35,666 bases of DNA. It comes from Acidobacteriaceae bacterium (GTDB taxonomy: Bacteria > Acidobacteriota > Terriglobia > Terriglobales > Acidobacteriaceae). Position numbers and translations under genes: made by a program. Below are positions 33,693 to 35,666 of this stretch, one piece after another; within the stretch, counting starts at the first letter, position 1, and each line of letters opens with the position of its first letter. The notes below the pieces were generated by a model, which was given only the letters and a program-made list of their open reading frames with translations, was not told where the DNA came from and searched no databases. Where the stretch lies: NCBI GenBank assembly GCA_049585375.1, contig JBAUZR010000636.1, forward strand, positions 1 to 35,666, given 5' to 3'.

Positions 33693-34957
33693 CGTCACCG
33701 CTGGTGCTGACTCCCCGAAACCGATCGTCCGATCGGCGTTTCCAGATCGCCATCTTCTGCTTCATCCTGCTGCTGATTGCATACTGCGATCGCGTCAATC
33801 TGGCGACCGCCGTCCCCTCCATCATGAGCCAGTACGGATGGGACAGCATCCGGATGGGCTGGGTTTTGTCCGCTTTTTTCCTCGGGTATACCTGCTGCCT
33901 CATTCCCGCAGGCCTGCTCGTCCAGCGATTCGGACCATGGCCTGTGCTCGCGGTTTGCATCGCCGCGTGGTCGGTTACAACCGCCTGCACGCCATTGTTA
34001 CGATCGCTTGGCGGCATGTGCTGCATGCGGTTTCTGGTCGGCGTCTTTGAGAGTGCAGTGTTTCCCTCCATCAACTCTCTCCTCGCCGAGTGGTTCCCCC
34101 GTGGCGAATATGCGCGTGCCGCGGGTTTCTGCTGGAGCGGCGGCTATGCCGGACCCATCGTGGCCTTTCCCCTGGCCGGCATGGTGATGGCGATGCGCGG
34201 CTGGAAGTCCATCTTCTTCCTGTTCGCCCTTCTCGGGGTTCTCCTCCTTCTTCTGCTCCTTTATGTCGCAGGTGCACCGCGAAACTGGCGCCGTCCGGCG
34301 GCGTCCGGCTCCCCTCATCGGCCGGCGCTTCCAACGCCGTGGAAGAAACTCTGCACCTGCCCTGCATTATGGGCTCTCCTCATACTGCATTTTTCCTCAA
34401 ACTGGTTCGCCTACGTTTTGCTCTCCTGGCTGCCGGCCTATTTCCAGCAGGCGCGCCATTTCTCGGTTACCGGCACCGCCTTTGCTTCCTCGATACCCTT
34501 TGCCGCCGCTCTGGGCGGAACAACCCTATTTGCCTGGATTGCCGATACAGCCGGCCTTCACAGTTCGCGAACGCTGGTCCGCAAACGGCTCCTCGGACTG
34601 TACCTCCTCAGCGCCCTCGCACTCCTGCTGCTGCCGTCGATCCGCTCCGGCATCCTGATCGTCGCGATGCTCTCCCTGGCCTCCTGCCTGATGACAGCCG
34701 CTACGCCCGTCTACGCCAGCGGGTCGCTCGACCTTGCGCCAGGACTGGCTGCCGTGATCGTCGGCATGCAGGGTTCATTCGCGAACCTTGCCGGGGTCCT
34801 GGCTCCCGCCGCGAGCGGCTATCTCATGAAGATCTTCTCCTGGAACGCCGTCTTTGCTGTCACTGCGGCGGTCTGCGTCATCGGCGCAGTCACCTATCTG
34901 GTCTTCGGCAAAGCCGAACCGCAGGGCCTCGACGAGCCAATTGAAGTGGGCAGTTGA
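33689..34957 (+). CDS. MFS transporter (anion:cation symporter/hexuronate-like subfamily)
   Basis: FQIAIFCFILLLIAYCDRVNLATAVPSIM..YGW......GWVLSAFFLGY......AG.L..RFGP, with 12 predicted TM segments. The ATG at 33689 forms an ATGA overlap with the GH116 stop. Confidence 0.9.
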   Translation: MTSPLVLTPRNRSSDRRFQIAIFCFILLLIAYCDRVNLATAVPSIMSQYGWDSIRMGWVLSAFFLGYTCCLIPAGLLVQRFGPWPVLAVCIAAWSVTTACTPLLRSLGGMCCMRFLVGVFESAVFPSINSLLAEWFPRGEYARAAGFCWSGGYAGPIVAFPLAGMVMAMRGWKSIFFLFALLGVLLLLLLLYVAGAPRNWRRPAASGSPHRPALPTPWKKLCTCPALWALLILHFSSNWFAYVLLSWLPAYFQQARHFSVTGTAFASSIPFAAALGGTTLFAWIADTAGLHSSRTLVRKRLLGLYLLSALALLLLPSIRSGILIVAMLSLASCLMTAATPVYASGSLDLAPGLAAVIVGMQGSFANLAGVLAPAASGYLMKIFSWNAVFAVTAAVCVIGAVTYLVFGKAEPQGLDEPIEVGS

Positions 34958-34992
34958 AAACCGCACGAGGGATAGCAATGAACGGAGGAAAC

Positions 34993-35666
34993 ATGAGACG
35001 CTCTTCGACCTGGATCACTGTCGCATGCCTGGCAGCCTGGCTCGCTCCCCTTGCTCTGGCCACCAATCGGGATTACACAGAGATCACTCAGCTGGGAGGA
35101 GACACCCACACGATCCGCTACAGCTCCGGCAATGCCGTCTATGTCGAAGGGCTCGTCAACGGGGTGTGGAGCGGACGCTACTGGAATGCCGGCGGCCGCA
35201 TCAATGTGCCCTATGAGCTCACCACCGACAAAGCCTTCGAGCTCCGCTCCGGCCCGCTCGATCTCAGCTCCGGCTGGACCTGGGTGGGGGCGCGCGAAGA
35301 ACCGCCCGGTGCCGGCGGCGCCCGCCATTTTGTCGTGGAACTGAGCAACAGCAAGGCTCCTGTAACCGTTCTCGTCCACACCCTTCTCGACGGCACGCCC
35401 ATCTTCGAACGCTGGCTCGAGATCCGTAATACCGGACAGAAGCCCCTCGGCCTGACCACCGTCAATCCCTGGACCAGCCGCCTGTGGGTGACGCCCTACT
35501 ACTTCGAAAAGAACATTCCCCCCGAGAAGCCGGTCTTCACCCTCGGAACATTTACGCGGGACACGCACGGATGGGAAGGCTGGCTGGAGTGGCAGCCGCT
35601 GCGGGAAGTCACCGCGGCCATCGATCCCGATGTTCGCCACTTCGACTGCACGCCCGCAGGCTGCTC
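34993..35666 (+). CDS. Secreted glycoside hydrolase, N-terminal domain resembling GH36 alpha-galactosidase-type; 3' end outside the window
   Basis: My own translation (open to the window end, not in the ORF track): MRRSSTWITVACLAAWLAPLALA (signal) ... HFVVELSNSKAPVTVLVHTLLDGTPIFERWLEIRNTGQKPLGLTTV. This resembles the GH36 N-terminal super-sandwich block. GGAGGA SD. An alternative ATG is at 34978. Confidence 0.55.
   Translation, partial: MRRSSTWITVACLAAWLAPLALATNRDYTEITQLGGDTHTIRYSSGNAVYVEGLVNGVWSGRYWNAGGRINVPYELTTDKAFELRSGPLDLSSGWTWVGAREEPPGAGGARHFVVELSNSKAPVTVLVHTLLDGTPIFERWLEIRNTGQKPLGLTTVNPWTSRLWVTPYYFEKNIPPEKPVFTLGTFTRDTHGWEGWLEWQPLREVTAAIDPDVRHFDCTPAGC

Overview
This is a GC-rich bacterial chromosomal window. 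Gene content and GC suggest Acidobacteriota/Terriglobia, but that is inference only. I saw no rRNA, tRNA, CRISPR array or mobile element.

Content from left to right:
1. A 3'-truncated thiC with a THI-box-like leader, divergent from a glcG-like gene.
2. A vapBC toxin-antitoxin pair with a perfect palindromic operator candidate.
3. A System I cytochrome c maturation cluster (ccmE-ccmA-ybaK-ccmB ... ccmC-ccmD-dsbA-like). Its CcmE carries Cys instead of the canonical heme-binding His. Non-ccm genes interrupt the cluster.
4. Oligopeptidase B.
5. A roughly 15 kb Wzx/Wzy-type exopolysaccharide locus (9.9-25.1 kb). It encodes the full GDP-D-glycero-alpha-D-manno-heptose pathway (gmhA, hddA, gmhB, hddC), a dedicated transaldolase-family gene and an SDR epimerase. 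It also encodes GT2/GT4/GT26 transferases, Wza, and a Wzc-like protein whose kinase P-loop looks degenerate.
6. A secreted GH39 next to the EPS locus.
7. A LacI-linked operon: TIM-barrel isomerase, VOC, divergent ICL/PEP-mutase-family enzyme and a PAL-like NHL beta-propeller. It sits opposite a GH116-MFS-GH36-like module.

Many long antisense or shadow ORFs in the track are GC-driven artefacts. The best leads for something undescribed are the PAL-like/ICL-family/VOC/TIM-barrel operon, the Cys-type CcmE cluster architecture, and the heptose EPS locus with its pseudo-kinase-like Wzc.

All functional calls come from reading the translated ORFs for family motifs. No database search was run.
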